A DNA stretch of 64,000 bases from Sphaerodactylus townsendi (Eukaryota). Within the stretch, counting starts at the first letter, position 1. Every line of letters begins with the position of its first letter. Position numbers and translations under genes: made by a program. Where the stretch lies: assembly GCF_021028975.2 (NCBI RefSeq), contig NC_059440.1:17546001-17610000 (forward strand), written 5' to 3'. Below, piece by piece: positions 19,801 through 32,000 of this stretch. The notes below the pieces were generated by a model, which worked only from the letters and a program-made list of their open reading frames with translations, was not told the origin of the DNA and did not search any database.

Positions 19801-22800
19801 CGTCATCCTGTATACAACACCTTCGGCCTACATCGATGACATCACCGTGACCACAGACTTGGCAGAAAACGTTGGTAGGTTGTGCGCTTTTGCAGTTCAT
19901 GGAAGTCCAAGATGGGGTGGGGGTTTGAAATAAGAATCATAGAGCTGGACGACATCACAAGGGCCATCAAGTCCAACCCCCTGTCATGCAGGAACACACA
20001 ATCAAAGCACTCTCAACATATGTTCATCCAGCCTCTGTTTAAAAACTTCCAAAGGAGACTCCACCACTCTCCAAGGCAGTGAATTCCACCGTCGAAGAGG
20101 CCTGACAGTTATAAAGTTCTTCCTAATGTTTAGGGGGAATGTCTTTTCCTGCACCTTGAATCCATTACTCCATGTCCTAGTCTCTGAGGCAGCAGAAAAC
20201 AAGCTTGCTCCCTCTTCGACATGACATCCCTCCAAACATAACTATATCATGTTCCCCCTTAACCTTCACTTCTCCAGACAAAACATTCCCAGCTCCTAAG
20301 GGTGTTTCCAGTCTTTTTTGTACAGTGACAGTCTTCAATATTGGACTGCTCTTCTGCCAAGGTGACATTTGAACCCAGGACTTCCTTGTAGTCACTCAAC
20401 CCCCTCTTTTTCCTTCGGATCAGGTTTGGTACAGTATTTGATCTCGGTACGGGGAAGCTCTCGCTATTCCCTGACTCTAACTTTGCAAGATAGAGAAGGA
20501 GTGGTGGTGGCTACTGGAAACGCGTCAGCAGGAGGAATGAAAGTGCTGGATCCCAACCTGTGGTGGCCCTATTTGATGAACGAACAACCCGGGTACCTTT
20601 ACTACTTAGAGGTATTATATTTGGGCTTGATCGGGGGTAGGGGGGAGAGGATGCTCACGTAGAAGAAGAAGAGTTTGGATTTATATCCCCCTTTCTCTCC
20701 TGTAAGGAGACTCAAAGGGGCTTATAATCTCCTTTTCCTCCCCACTCACCTGATCCCTTGGCCCAAGCCCCGGGAACAGTTGCACATAAAATCTCCACCT
20801 GGTTAATTTGTGCAAGCAGACTTGTGCAAGCGAACACTTTCTCTATGGGGTATACAGTGGCTCACATCATGTGGGTGGGTACTGGGGGGAAAGAAGGGCT
20901 GGTGAGTGGGGGCTCATGTGCCCGGAAAGGTAATGCAAAAAGGGGCATCTTTTGGACTACAGGTTACATTATCTGCCTTTGTGGATGGAGAGGTTTTGGA
21001 AGACAAATACACACAGCCAGTCGGCTTCCGTACCGTGCAGGTCACCAGCACCCAGTTCCTCATCAACGGGAAGCCTTTTTACTTCCACGGGGTCAACAAA
21101 CACGAAGATGCTGACGTGAGTTGGGCTGGATATTTTTCCTACTAAGCCACTTGCTCAACACCAGCCGGGTACCAAAGTAAGATGCTGTACCAAAGTAAGA
21201 TGCTGTAAGGTCCTTGTCTGTATGTATTACAGACTGATAAGAAGGAATACTGGAAAATTATGTTGAAAAGAGACCTGTCCATAAACTGGTTGCGGTGGGT
21301 TTTCCGGGCTGTGTGGCCGTGGTCTAGTGGATCTTGTTCCTAATGTTTCACCTGCATCTGTGGCTGGCATTTTCAGAGGTGTATCACAGAGGGAAGTCAA
21401 CAAGATCCACCAGACCACAGCCACACAGCCCAGAAAACCCACCACAACCAGTGGTATCCGGCAGTGAAAGCCTTCGACAATACCTATCCATAAAGTCCAA
21501 CAACCTTTATAAAGGCCTCACACGCAATTGGAATCTGGAACAAGTTTAATAGTTCAGTGAGAACCAACACTTTGCCTGTTTGTTGCTGTTGATTGTTAAA
21601 ATCTATTTTATAGCTTATTTTTATCCTGTCCTTCCTCTGTGGAGGTCACAGAGCAGCATACAATGTTCTCCTTGCATTGGCTTATTTTCACAACCACCCT
21701 ATGAGATAGGATGGACTGAAAGAGAGACTGGCTCATGGTCACCCAAGCAATCTTGAAGGCAAAGTGGGGATTTGAACCCAAGATTCTGGTCCAACGCTCT
21801 ATCCAAGAGGTCCCCAATGTTGCGCTTATGGGCGTCATGGCATCTAGCAACACCTTTTCTGGCTCCCACCAAGTGTCTTTAGGGTGGGTGGGGCCAGGTA
21901 GGGCTTTTGCCCAGCAAGTCTTCTGATTGACTACTGGAGATTTAATTGGCTATGCAAATTTTTAAAATGTTGCTTTGGTAGCAGCTGCCACCACACCACA
22001 TGGATCTGCACTGTGTTACTGAAGTTAAACTGTGGCAACTATTTTGTGGCTGGCTCCCCCTCTTGCGGCAGCCATTTTGTGCTGCGGCCAACATGCTGTG
22101 TGAGAATTCCAAATGCACCCTCAGGCTCAAAAAGGTTTGGGACTCCTGCTGTATCCACTACACCACTTCAGCTCCCATGGACGAATCCATGCTCGGCATC
22201 CATTAGGGTCATGCAGTGCCCTCCTGAAACCGTGATGTAAAAATAGGGCTTTGGTTAATTCTGAGAGGGAGCTCACCGGGTTCTTTATAACACAGATTCG
22301 TGGCAAAGGACTGGACTGGTCCCTGATTATGAAGGACTTCAACCTTTTGCGCTGGCTGGGTGCCAACGCTTTTCGCACAAGCCACTACCCTTACGCTGAG
22401 GAGATCATGGAACTTTGCGATGCTTACGGCATCGTGGTAATTGACGAGTGTCCCGGAGTGGGCATGAAAGACAGGTGAGCAGTTAGATACGAGGCTCCTT
22501 TAAATATATTCCAATGTATTACAGGATTTGGTTGCAAATTGGCCTCTGGAAATAATCATTTGCCACAGAGGGACGCTGCAGGCTGGAAGAGAACTCTTTT
22601 GGTCAGGCCATTATTAGATAGAATCTTTGCTGCTCACATGAATATAAACAAGCTCTCTTAACCTGCAGATCAGCTGCTACTGTTTTTAGCTTTAAATTCT
22701 TAAACTTTAGCTTAAAACTAGTGTTTAGCTAGTTTTTAGTTTTAAATTCTTTCCATTGCTTTGAATTAACCTGGCTTCAGGGGTCTCTTGCAGAAAGGGG

Positions 22801-25800
22801 AGGCGGAGATATTGTGAATTAAAATGATTCTAGGAAGGTCTTCAAAAGACAAGTAGGAGCACCAGCCCACCAACATTTCTTCTCTCTGACCAAGACGGAG
22901 GACTGGCCATGATACCTATTCCCAAAAACTTTGCTAAATGTCTGTTAGCAAACCAATGTTTTAAATAAATAAAGTAAGCACAGCTGATTGAGAGAAATGA
23001 GGTGCATTTAGGTAGTTTCAAAGAGGAAGAAAGATGAATTGGTTGGAAGCCTAACATTTTGCTTTTTCCTTTCAGCATCAACTTTGGAGACAAATCTCTC
23101 CAGCATCACCTTATTGTGATGGAGGAACTTATCCGCCGGGACAAAAACCACCCCTCGGTCGTCATGTGGTCGGTGGCCAACGAACCGGCTTCAGAGCTCG
23201 CCCCAGCCGCTTATTACTTTAAGTGAGAATCTGTCGAGCTTTGTAAAGCAGACTTCAGCTCACGCTCTGTAAAATACGGATATTAATCTGCTTTGTCTTT
23301 GGTGAAAGACACCAATTCCTCCTCCCTCCCCCCCACCCATCCCCGAATCCTGAAAACAGGCTCTTCAGTAACCTCAAAGAAAAGGAATCTGGGCAGCTTG
23401 GTCAGGCATTATACATTTCTGCTTTTTCCTCTCGCCATGCAGGACTGTAATCGCTCACACCAAAGCCTTGGACCCGACCCGGCCCGTCACGTTCATCTCA
23501 AATGCCAATTATGCTCGTGATCAAGGGGTAAGCATCTGTCTATAGTCAAGATGTTTTTGCAGCTAGGCTGTGTTAGAAGCAGCATCCCCAAGTAACAAGA
23601 AGTAACAGTGCCCCTTGATTCCATGTTACTTAGACCTCATCTGCAGTATTGTGACCAGTTGTGGGTGCCACAGTGCTGTGACCACTTGTGGCTTTTAGCT
23701 TTCTCTGCTGCCATGGTCTGGGCGTGGACATTAATGTCAAGCCCCGATTCTGCGGACAACTGTAAGACTCTAGAGTTCAAATCAGCAGCCTTTATTGACA
23801 GACATCAGCGTGGCTAAAAGGAGCCGGTTCTAAAGAACTGTCTTTGGGTACAACCTTTATCACCTTCTCATGATAAAGTTATCATGCAAATATAAACTAT
23901 ATATAAATGAGTAATATTCTTCAGCCATGGCACCTCGGGTTATTATAAAATGCATATGTAAAGGCTCAATATTATTTATTTACTTATTTTAACATTAGGA
24001 AAATTTAATTATCCTGTTGTTTTAATTAGTAATTCTCCAGAGCCTGAGGAGTGGATATATCCTTTTAGCAAATAGAATTAAATCTGGAAGTGCCAGATAT
24101 TTCCTGGCGTTGGATCTTAAATATAGTCAAATGGTATCTGTTTTACAAATTTGTCTTTGAATTGAATGGCTAAACCCTTTTAATCCATTTTATATTTTTA
24201 CAAATGAACTGTCAAGTTGGAAAAAAAATCCATAGATGTAACATATGATTTTAAATTTAATAATAGTGTATAACCACTGTCTAATACCTAATGCCAATAA
24301 AGGTTATTGTGATTGATTTATCACCTTCTCACCCCATATCAAAAGCAAAGTAAAACAAGACAGGAACGTGATAGCTGTTGGGTTCTCAGGGCCGGTGTGA
24401 AGCGATAGTCAGGCGCCGGCACTTGGTTATTCCTCGTTCGCTGCATGTTGCAAATCAGGGAAAGGTGGGAAACAGAAAGTAAAGTGAAGGTCTATTAGCA
24501 TGACAGAACACAGTGCCTTCTTCGAAGAGTCTTCCGGACAGTACCCCACATTATGAAAGTGGCGGATAAACTATTATGAGTTCTGAGTAGAGCAACCAAG
24601 ATGGAGGAGAGTCTGGCAAGAAAGCCCTGAGTGGAAAAGTTGACGGATGCGGGTCTAGATGGGAGGGGAGACAGGATAACATCCTTTACCTACTCCCAGG
24701 GCTGCCGCATTGGAGAGGGCAAAGATTCATTCTCTGCTGCCGCAGTAGAGCAAGGCGGGATCTAATGGCTTAGGTTACACCTGGCTAAATTTCAGTTTAA
24801 CATGAGGATAAATTTCCTGTTGGCAAGTGTGATTCAGGCAGCCTAATAGCCCAGGCAGGGATATAGAATGGTATAGTATAGCCTAGTCTTGGAAATGGAA
24901 CTGGATCGATACTTGGAAAGGAGCCCTCCAAGCAAGAGTCCGCAGTGGAAGGCAATGGCAAACCACCTCTGCTGAATCACTTGCCTTAAAAACCCTCCCA
25001 CAGGTCGCTGCAACTTGGTTGTGACCTGACGGCACTTTACACACACATGCAAGTCTAGGCTGGCCCTCAGTTATCAGATTTTGGGAGTTAAGCAGGGCTG
25101 GCTGAAGTCTGTACTTGGATGGGAGGCTATGCAGAGGCATGGCAAACCACCTCTGCTTGTCTTTTGCCTTCAGAATCCCATGGCCCTGAGGTCACCATGA
25201 GGCCGCCTCCGCTTGACAGCCCACAATTATAAAAAGTGATTTAACAGTGGAATCGAATGACGGGCTCTGCCTCACTGAAAGGCCGCTGTCACGCATGCTG
25301 AATTATGCACTTTCAGAGCATTTCAACCGGCGTTTAACGTAGCTTTTGCCATTTCACACAGTAAAGCCAGCATGGTATAGTGGTTAAGAGCAGGTGGATT
25401 CTAATCTGGAGAACCGGGTTTGATTCCCCACTCCCCCACCTGAGTGTTAGAGGCTTATCTGGTGAACCAGATGTGTTTCCGCACTCCTGCATTCCTGCTG
25501 GGTTACCTTGGGCTGGTCACAGTTCTCTCAGGACTCTCTCAGCCCCACCTACCTCACAAGGTGTCTGTTGTGGGGAGAGGAAGGGAAAGGAGCTCGTAAG
25601 CCACCTTGAGTCTCCTTACAGGAGAGAAAGGTGGGGCATAAATCCAAACTCTTCTTCTCCTCTTCTTCTAAAATCCAGCTGCAAAGTTCATTGAAAGTGG
25701 TGTGAAAATGCTAGAAGTCTTCAAACAGAAGCTGGGTAGCAGTCTGAGGGAAGTTCCATTTTGGATTTCCTACAGTCAGCCGGGCATTATAGCCCCTTCT

Positions 25801-27298
25801 CAGAAAAACTACTCACACAGCTGCTTTGCTGCGGGCAGGGAGCTTGTTCTCAAAGGAGTGTGATAAAGACGCCATTCTCCTCACACAAAATTAAGATGAG
25901 GTTTTCTGCAGGCACCTTATGTGGACGTTATCTGCGTGAACAGCTACTTCTCTTGGTACCACGACCCTGGGCACCTGGAAGTCATTCAACGGCAACTCAC
26001 TTCGCAATTTGAGAACTGGTACAAAACTCATCAGAAACCCATCATCCAGAGTGAATACGGAGCAGACGCCATCGCTGGCATACACAGCGTAAGTAGGGCA
26101 TGTGGGAAGGGAAGCATTTTAAATAACATTTCGCAGTCCCCCCCACACACTATAAGCCATTGAAAAATTCCAAGGAGTTTCCTTTGCTCCTGTTACAAAT
26201 ACAGAGTGAACATTCTGAGGTGGGAAGGTACCCCCTCCTCCAGTCTGACACAAAACTTTCCAGAAGGTTCTGCCAAATGCTGTGCCAGTCACTGATCAAA
26301 CAGAGATCATTCTCTTTAAAACAGAAGCCTACCACCCCATGCTAAAACAAGAGCTCATGCACATCTCATGTTGATTTCATGTGTACGTCTCTTGTGCGCC
26401 TGTCATTCACTGGGGTCCATTTCACCCAAAGGTATCTCTTGCTTTCCCTTCCTGCTGCCTTTAGGACCCTCCCCTTATGTTCACAGAGGAATACCAAGCA
26501 GCCGTACTGAAAGAATATCACACCATCTTCGACCAAAAGAGAAAGGAGTACGTCATTGGGGAACTCATCTGGAATTTTGCTGATTTTATGACCGAACAAG
26601 GTAGGATGACGTTGGGTGAAAATTACAAACTGCTAGCAGAATGACATGTTCTGTGATTAGTCCAACATTCCATCAAACCAAAAGGGAGTCCCATAGCATC
26701 TTCAAAACCAACAAACTGACGTAAACTTTCGCTACAGTGAATCTCAAGGCACCGTAGATTGAAAGAGTTCTGGTTGATTTGGCTGAAACAGGCAAACAGA
26801 GCAAACCAGGGGCGTACCTCCTAGGGAGACATATGTGGGGTCAAATGTCCCCGGGTGTGGCCATTTAGTCAGCTATGGAGAGGGATGAGAGAAATGTGAT
26901 GGTGACTTTGAAATGACCTGGTGCCCCCAAACTTTGTTTGGTCGTGCTGGGGGAGAGCAGCAACCCATATTTGGGGGGCGGGGGGGCATAGAAAACTCAG
27001 ATTTTGCCCTGGGCTGCATTTTCCCTAGATATGCCTCTGGAGAAACCCCTCTGGAATATGCTAATGTGAAATTCTGTGGGTCTTTGCTGATGCCTTTTTT
27101 AAACTGCCTTTCACATCAACAGGAACAACACGCGTTTTGGGGAACAAGAAAGGGATTTTTACCCGGCAACGGCAACCCAAATCAGCTGCCTTTCTTCTTA
27201 GAGAAAGGTACTGGAAGCTTGCAAATGAAACTGGACTTCTTATGTTCAAACAGGACAACGTCTGTCTTCCTCAGCCCCAGGCCTTTAAATGTTCTTAA
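13832..27298 (+). CDS. GUSB: Beta-glucuronidase (GH2), complete, 12 exons, 649 aa
   Basis: Exons 13832-14032, 15504-15692, 17626-17801, 19732-19874, 20424-20611, 20963-21115, 22296-22474, 23076-23222, 23443-23527, 25912-26088, 26465-26600, 27123-27298 (1950 nt in total). Signal peptide [19 protein letters not shown], then [21 protein letters not shown], acid/base motif WSVANEP, nucleophile motif QSEYG, WNFADF and [14 protein letters not shown]. Confidence 0.98.
16536..16887 (+). mobile_element. CR1 LINE 3' end
   Basis: ORF2 end plus 3'UTR with (TTATGTTC)n tail. Same family at ~3105-3317(+) and ~14983-15120(-). Confidence 0.8.
16890..17195 (-). mobile_element. L2-type LINE ORF2 3' fragment
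   Basis: [29 protein letters not shown] motif. Related fragment at ~36305-36465(-). Confidence 0.75.
19933..20300 (-). mobile_element. CR1 LINE 3' fragment in GUSB intron 4
   Basis: Minus-strand ...[22 protein letters not shown]...WNSLP...VFKQRLD with CTATGATTCT tail. Related copies at 36030-36300 and 52611-52930. Confidence 0.85.
21283..21483. mobile_element. PLE terminal fragment with inverted arms in GUSB intron 6; hammerhead motif degenerate
   Basis: Same family as 12394-13545. The minus-strand motif at 21339-21379 reads CTGAAAA (G8 lost). Confidence 0.75.
23871..24316 (+). mobile_element. AT-rich 5'-truncated non-LTR element
   Basis: GCCAATAAAAGG plus (GATT)n tail; 15-bp TSD TTTATCACCTTCTCA (23856-23870, 24317-24331). 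Confidence 0.75.
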
Positions 27299-29029
27299 GA
27301 CATTCACATTTGGACAGAGCTGGGAATTCTTCTTGGTTCTGGAATAGTTTGCCATAGAAAATTATGCACACGGAACGCCTGCGGTAAACTGAAGCTGCAG
27401 AGGGAGAATGCTGAGCCCCGCAGAGTTAGCGAGGAGCCGAATCCTTGGATTCCCAATTCCACATTTCAACTTCAAGGAGGCCAAGAAACGTACATTCATT
27501 AGTGTCGACCCACACCCAAACTGCCACAGAAAACCTGCTCAGCCATGTTAAATGACTCAGTTGGATCCTTGATTACATTTAATACATTCACCTATGATTT
27601 GTATTTAGGTTAAAAGAGTAGCCTGGAATCTGTTTCTGAAAAAGGGATATTTGCAAGGTAAATCAAATGATTTATGTATGGCCACATGCTGGCCATAATG
27701 TTACAATCCTAACCAATGTCTGTCTACACCTATTAATTATATCATTTATACAGGCTTCCTCCCCAGAAGGGGCCCAAAGCATACGTTTTATCCTCACAAC
27801 AACCCTGCGATATAGGTTAGGGCCAAGTGTGTGACTAGTTCAAGGTCACCCGGCAAGGTCACCATTACAGAGTGGCGGTTCAAACCTGGCTCTCCCGTAT
27901 CTTAGTTTTACGCTCTAACCACTGCACGATGCCGGCTGACATACCTTTATACTGCTTGGTGTTACGGTGAGTAAGAACGGTGGAACTGATACAGCAGAAG
28001 GGATTTATTATTAGAAGAAGAAAGTAATAAGCCTATAAAAGACTGAAGTATTATTTGATAAGTGTTAAGCAAGATTGTAGGTTCAGGAAGGTTAGACCAC
28101 AGAGTGTTTAGTTTAACTAAGAAGTGCCTTTAGTATTTAAATGCAATCTCTTAGATTTCTGTTTGACTGCATAGAGACCTTGAAGAGATGTGCTGTCGAT
28201 CTGTAAATGCATTTTGACAGTGTGGTGTAGTGGGTAACAGCAGGTGCACTCTAATCTGGGGAGCCGGGTTTGATTCCCTGCTCTGCCACTTGAGCTGTGG
28301 AGGCTTATCTGGTGAACCAGCTTAGCTTGTGCATTCCAATACATGCCAGCTGGTTGACCTTGGGCTAGTCACAGCTCTTCGGAGGTCTCTCAGCCCCACC
28401 CACCTCTCAGGTTGTTTGTTGTAAGGGGGGGGGGAAGGGAAAGGAAAGCCCCTTTGAGTCGCCTACAGGAGAGAAAAGAAGGATATAAATCCAAACTACT
28501 CCTCTTTTTCATATAACCGAGAGTTTGCAGAGGCCTGTTCTAGCCGGTTTCAGCAGTGACATACACCCACTCTTTCTGATAAGACAAACTCTCAGCAGAG
28601 ATGACTCAGATACTTTTTTTTCTGAATGATGTGATGTAGCTTGAAAGGGATTTCATGGGTAGATTCAAGATGTCATTTTGAGTTTGACTGATGATTTTGG
28701 TGAGTTCTCTTTATACAAGCAGCACAGCTGGCATTAAAGAGACAGAGAGAGCGAGGGCCCCTAAGTACAGAGAGAAAATCTGGAGCTCACAGAGAAGGCA
28801 CAGAGAGAAAGGGTAACAGCACCAAAAAGCAGAGAGAGGGGCTCATGTCACTTGGAAATAAACCTTCAGGAATCATGAATGAAAAGATAAAATATGAATT
28901 AGGGGTTTTTTTTAGGGAGGGGGGTTGAAGGTGAAGGCATTCTCACGCAGCATCACCGAAGACATTTTGAAAAGAGAACAAAAACACACAGCCACAGTCT
29001 TGTGACGGGAACACTGCAAAAAGACATCC

Positions 29030-32000
29030 ACAGGTAATTTCTACATTTATTTTTATACCAAAAAAGTTATGTGCAACAAATAAACATTCTTACATTATTT
29101 ACAGGTTTGTTTAATTCCCCATTAGCAAAACTCTATTCTAGACCTCAGGATTCTGTAGTCTTACGCTGAACGTAAAAACGGAACAACTCCGCTGGACAGA
29201 GAGACAGTTTGGAGTTCAAAGCACGTGATAAAAATTTGTCGGATGGAACGTACGAGACAGGGCACACACACCAAATACTTAGGCCATGCTTAATACAGAT
29301 TTTTTTTAAAAAAAAAAAAACCCAAAATGATAACTGAATATTTTTACCCGCAACAGATTTCTTTTGCTAGGTCGTGGTTAAACAACGTTGGCAGAACCCG
29401 AGCAAAGTTTAATCTGGTTGTTGCTTCAAGTATCTCCACACAGATCAGGAGCCACAACGCCACCCGACTTTCTAACCCCCTCATCTCTGTGGGATCAAAT
29501 CATGCCCTGAAACTGAGCGGTGAAATAACTGAGCATCTTCAGGACGAAATGCGACTCACGTTGGGCTACGCTTTGGAGTACGTCTACCCCTCAGGCGCCA
29601 ACCTTACAGGGCTGTTTCCCTTCTCTGCTTGTGAATCCCTCTCTGCCAGCTTCTCCTTCTCTCCCAAAGCGGCGCCACCTGAACAGTCACAGAATCCTGG
29701 CACAAAGAAGACTTAGATTAATGGCCCCATTCAAAGATTTGTGGAGGGGTGAATCCGCTTCCGTGCAGCCATCTCCGGTGGTGGGATGCCACGCTAAATG
29801 CTACATCAGCGTCCCTGCGCTCCCATCACAGTGGGGGTGGCTTCTGCGCCTCCCATCATAGTGGGGGTGGCTTGTGGGCATGTCCAGGGGCAGAGCTGAT
29901 GTTAATCAAGTTTCTTCATGGCCACTGCCTCCCATTGAGGTGACAGCCCGGGGCTTTGGAATTACACCACCTTTTCGGGGGTGTAAGTCCATTAAGCCAA
30001 TAGGGGCTTTCTAGTGGTAGGGAGACTTATTTGCATTTTAGCCTCTCCATACTGCCAGAAAGCCCTCTTGGGAATGGCAGGCAGGAACAGCCACGACTGG
30101 GCTACCTGCTGATTGGATGGGGCTGCCAAGCGGCTGCCTGCAACTAGGCGCACTTTCTTCCACTATACCAAAAGAGCCTTGTGCTCTTCTTCTGACAAAA
30201 TCCTGGTTATACCTGGCCCAAAGCTCACCAAAGTTTTGCTGCTATCTCCTCACATTCTCTAAATTATAATCTGGATGTTCACACGTTGACAGTTGTTGCA
30301 TGACAAGGAGCCATATTTGAGAGCCGTGCATTTTTCTACATTTCATACTTCTGCTATTGTTCTGTAAAGGAGATTGTCTTGTTGTAAACTGCCCTGAGTA
30401 CTGCTTTGGCAGAGAAGGATGAGAAATAAATAAAATGTTGTTCTTTTATTGTATGTATTTGTATATTTGATTTGGATCCCAGCCTTCAAATACATTCCAG
30501 GGTGACTTACAACAATTATTCTCCTGTTGCAGGACAACTAACACTCAGTCTGACCAATGCAAATTGGGGGTGTTCAACGAACGATTTTAAGGTTCTGCAA
30601 AGAGGGTGGATAGGTTTACTGGCCCGAGGGTGCCTTCTCCCAGAAGGGACACCTGCACAGACGCCTTACTCCTCCTCAGTGAATTCAAGCCCAGAAGCCA
30701 ATGGTCTTCAGTGACTACTATGCTTTGCAGAAGAGAGAAGACCACAGTACTTGCTTCCCGCAGGCCAATTTCTCAGCCGTAACTGCCACTAACCACCAAA
30801 GAGCTAATTTTGACAGGTGACCATTGGCAAGAGTGGACAATAGAGGCCTTAACCTGTCAAGGATGGTGCACAAGATGGAACTGCTGCGGAATCGGCCAGT
30901 GACGCAGAGAGAAGCGGCGTGCGCTCTTCTGCACTCTCCCCGCCAGCTGCAGGAGTCCTGTAGTCTTCTACTGCTGTTCACCCCACATGAGAGATGGCCG
31001 AGGGCAGAATGGGGTTACGCTGGCAAGCCATGAACAGAACATCCTTTAACCACCACCACCAGGTTCCACGCAAGGGTCTCTTTAAAGCACAGGCGTCAAA
31101 CTCACAGCCCTCCAGATGTTATGCACCACAGTTCCCATCATCCCCTGCCAGGATGCTGGCAGGGGGTGATGGGAACTATAGTCCATATCATCTGGAGGGC
31201 CGCGAGTTTGACACCTATGCTTTAAAGCTTCAGCATGTATATCACAATGAGTCGAGCAAGGAGGACTGTTACGAGGAGGGGGCTTTTTAACCACTTCCTC
31301 CCCCACCCCTGCTACCAGGCTACATAGATAAGTTTCCCCTACCCCAAACCTGGGCAAAATCGTAGCTCTCTGCAAGTGGTGCAGCTTAAGGGTGTCGAAC
31401 AGCTGCTGCTCTGAATCCCTTTTCCAGCCCGTGAGACCTGAGACTCCTTCATTTCATGGAGAAGGAACGAGGACCAGAGAGGCATGCTCTGGCAAGCAGC
31501 GAAGTGAGTTGCTCTGGTTTCAGAGACTAGATTCCCCCTGAACTGAAAAGTGCACGGGAAGCAGATAATTTTTTCCCGCCAAACTCTTCCTCTGTTGAAG
31601 CCGAGGGCGGGGGTGAGAAACAGAACAGGCCCCTTCAACGACCAAATTCAACTCAAATCCAAGTCCACCTTCCTGTCGGCAAGCCAAGGGCTCAAAGGGC
31701 AACACAGTTTGCCAGCCCAAGGAGCAGACCCCAGCAGGAAAAGTGAAGAAAACTTCCCTCACCCTTTCTGCACACCTACAATTCCTTATTTGATATCCTT
31801 ACCAGGCAGAGTCCGAAAATGGCATCTTTTGTTTCATCCTTTGTTTCATAATGGCTACTGGAATGTTTTTAAAATAAAAAACAACAACTAAAAACTCAGA
31901 GGCGGACCTTCCCAAAGCGGAGAAGGCAAAACCTCAGTGGTCCCCCAGGAAATATGACAGAAGGTTCCGCCTTCCCACTCCTCCTTGGATTTCAAAGTTC

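Noticed and set aside
21169-21207. Short tandem duplications (18 bp here; also ~11039 14 bp, ~29815 30 bp, ~55611 28 bp)
   Set aside because: Ordinary two-copy slippage events with no evidence of function.
23734-24505. Possible solo LTR (TGTCA...TGACA) in GUSB intron 9
   Set aside because: No TSD found; boundaries unsupported.
25365-25435. tRNA genes at SINE heads (also ~6480 and ~37520)
   Set aside because: A/B boxes are present but there is no complete cloverleaf, and they continue into SINE bodies.
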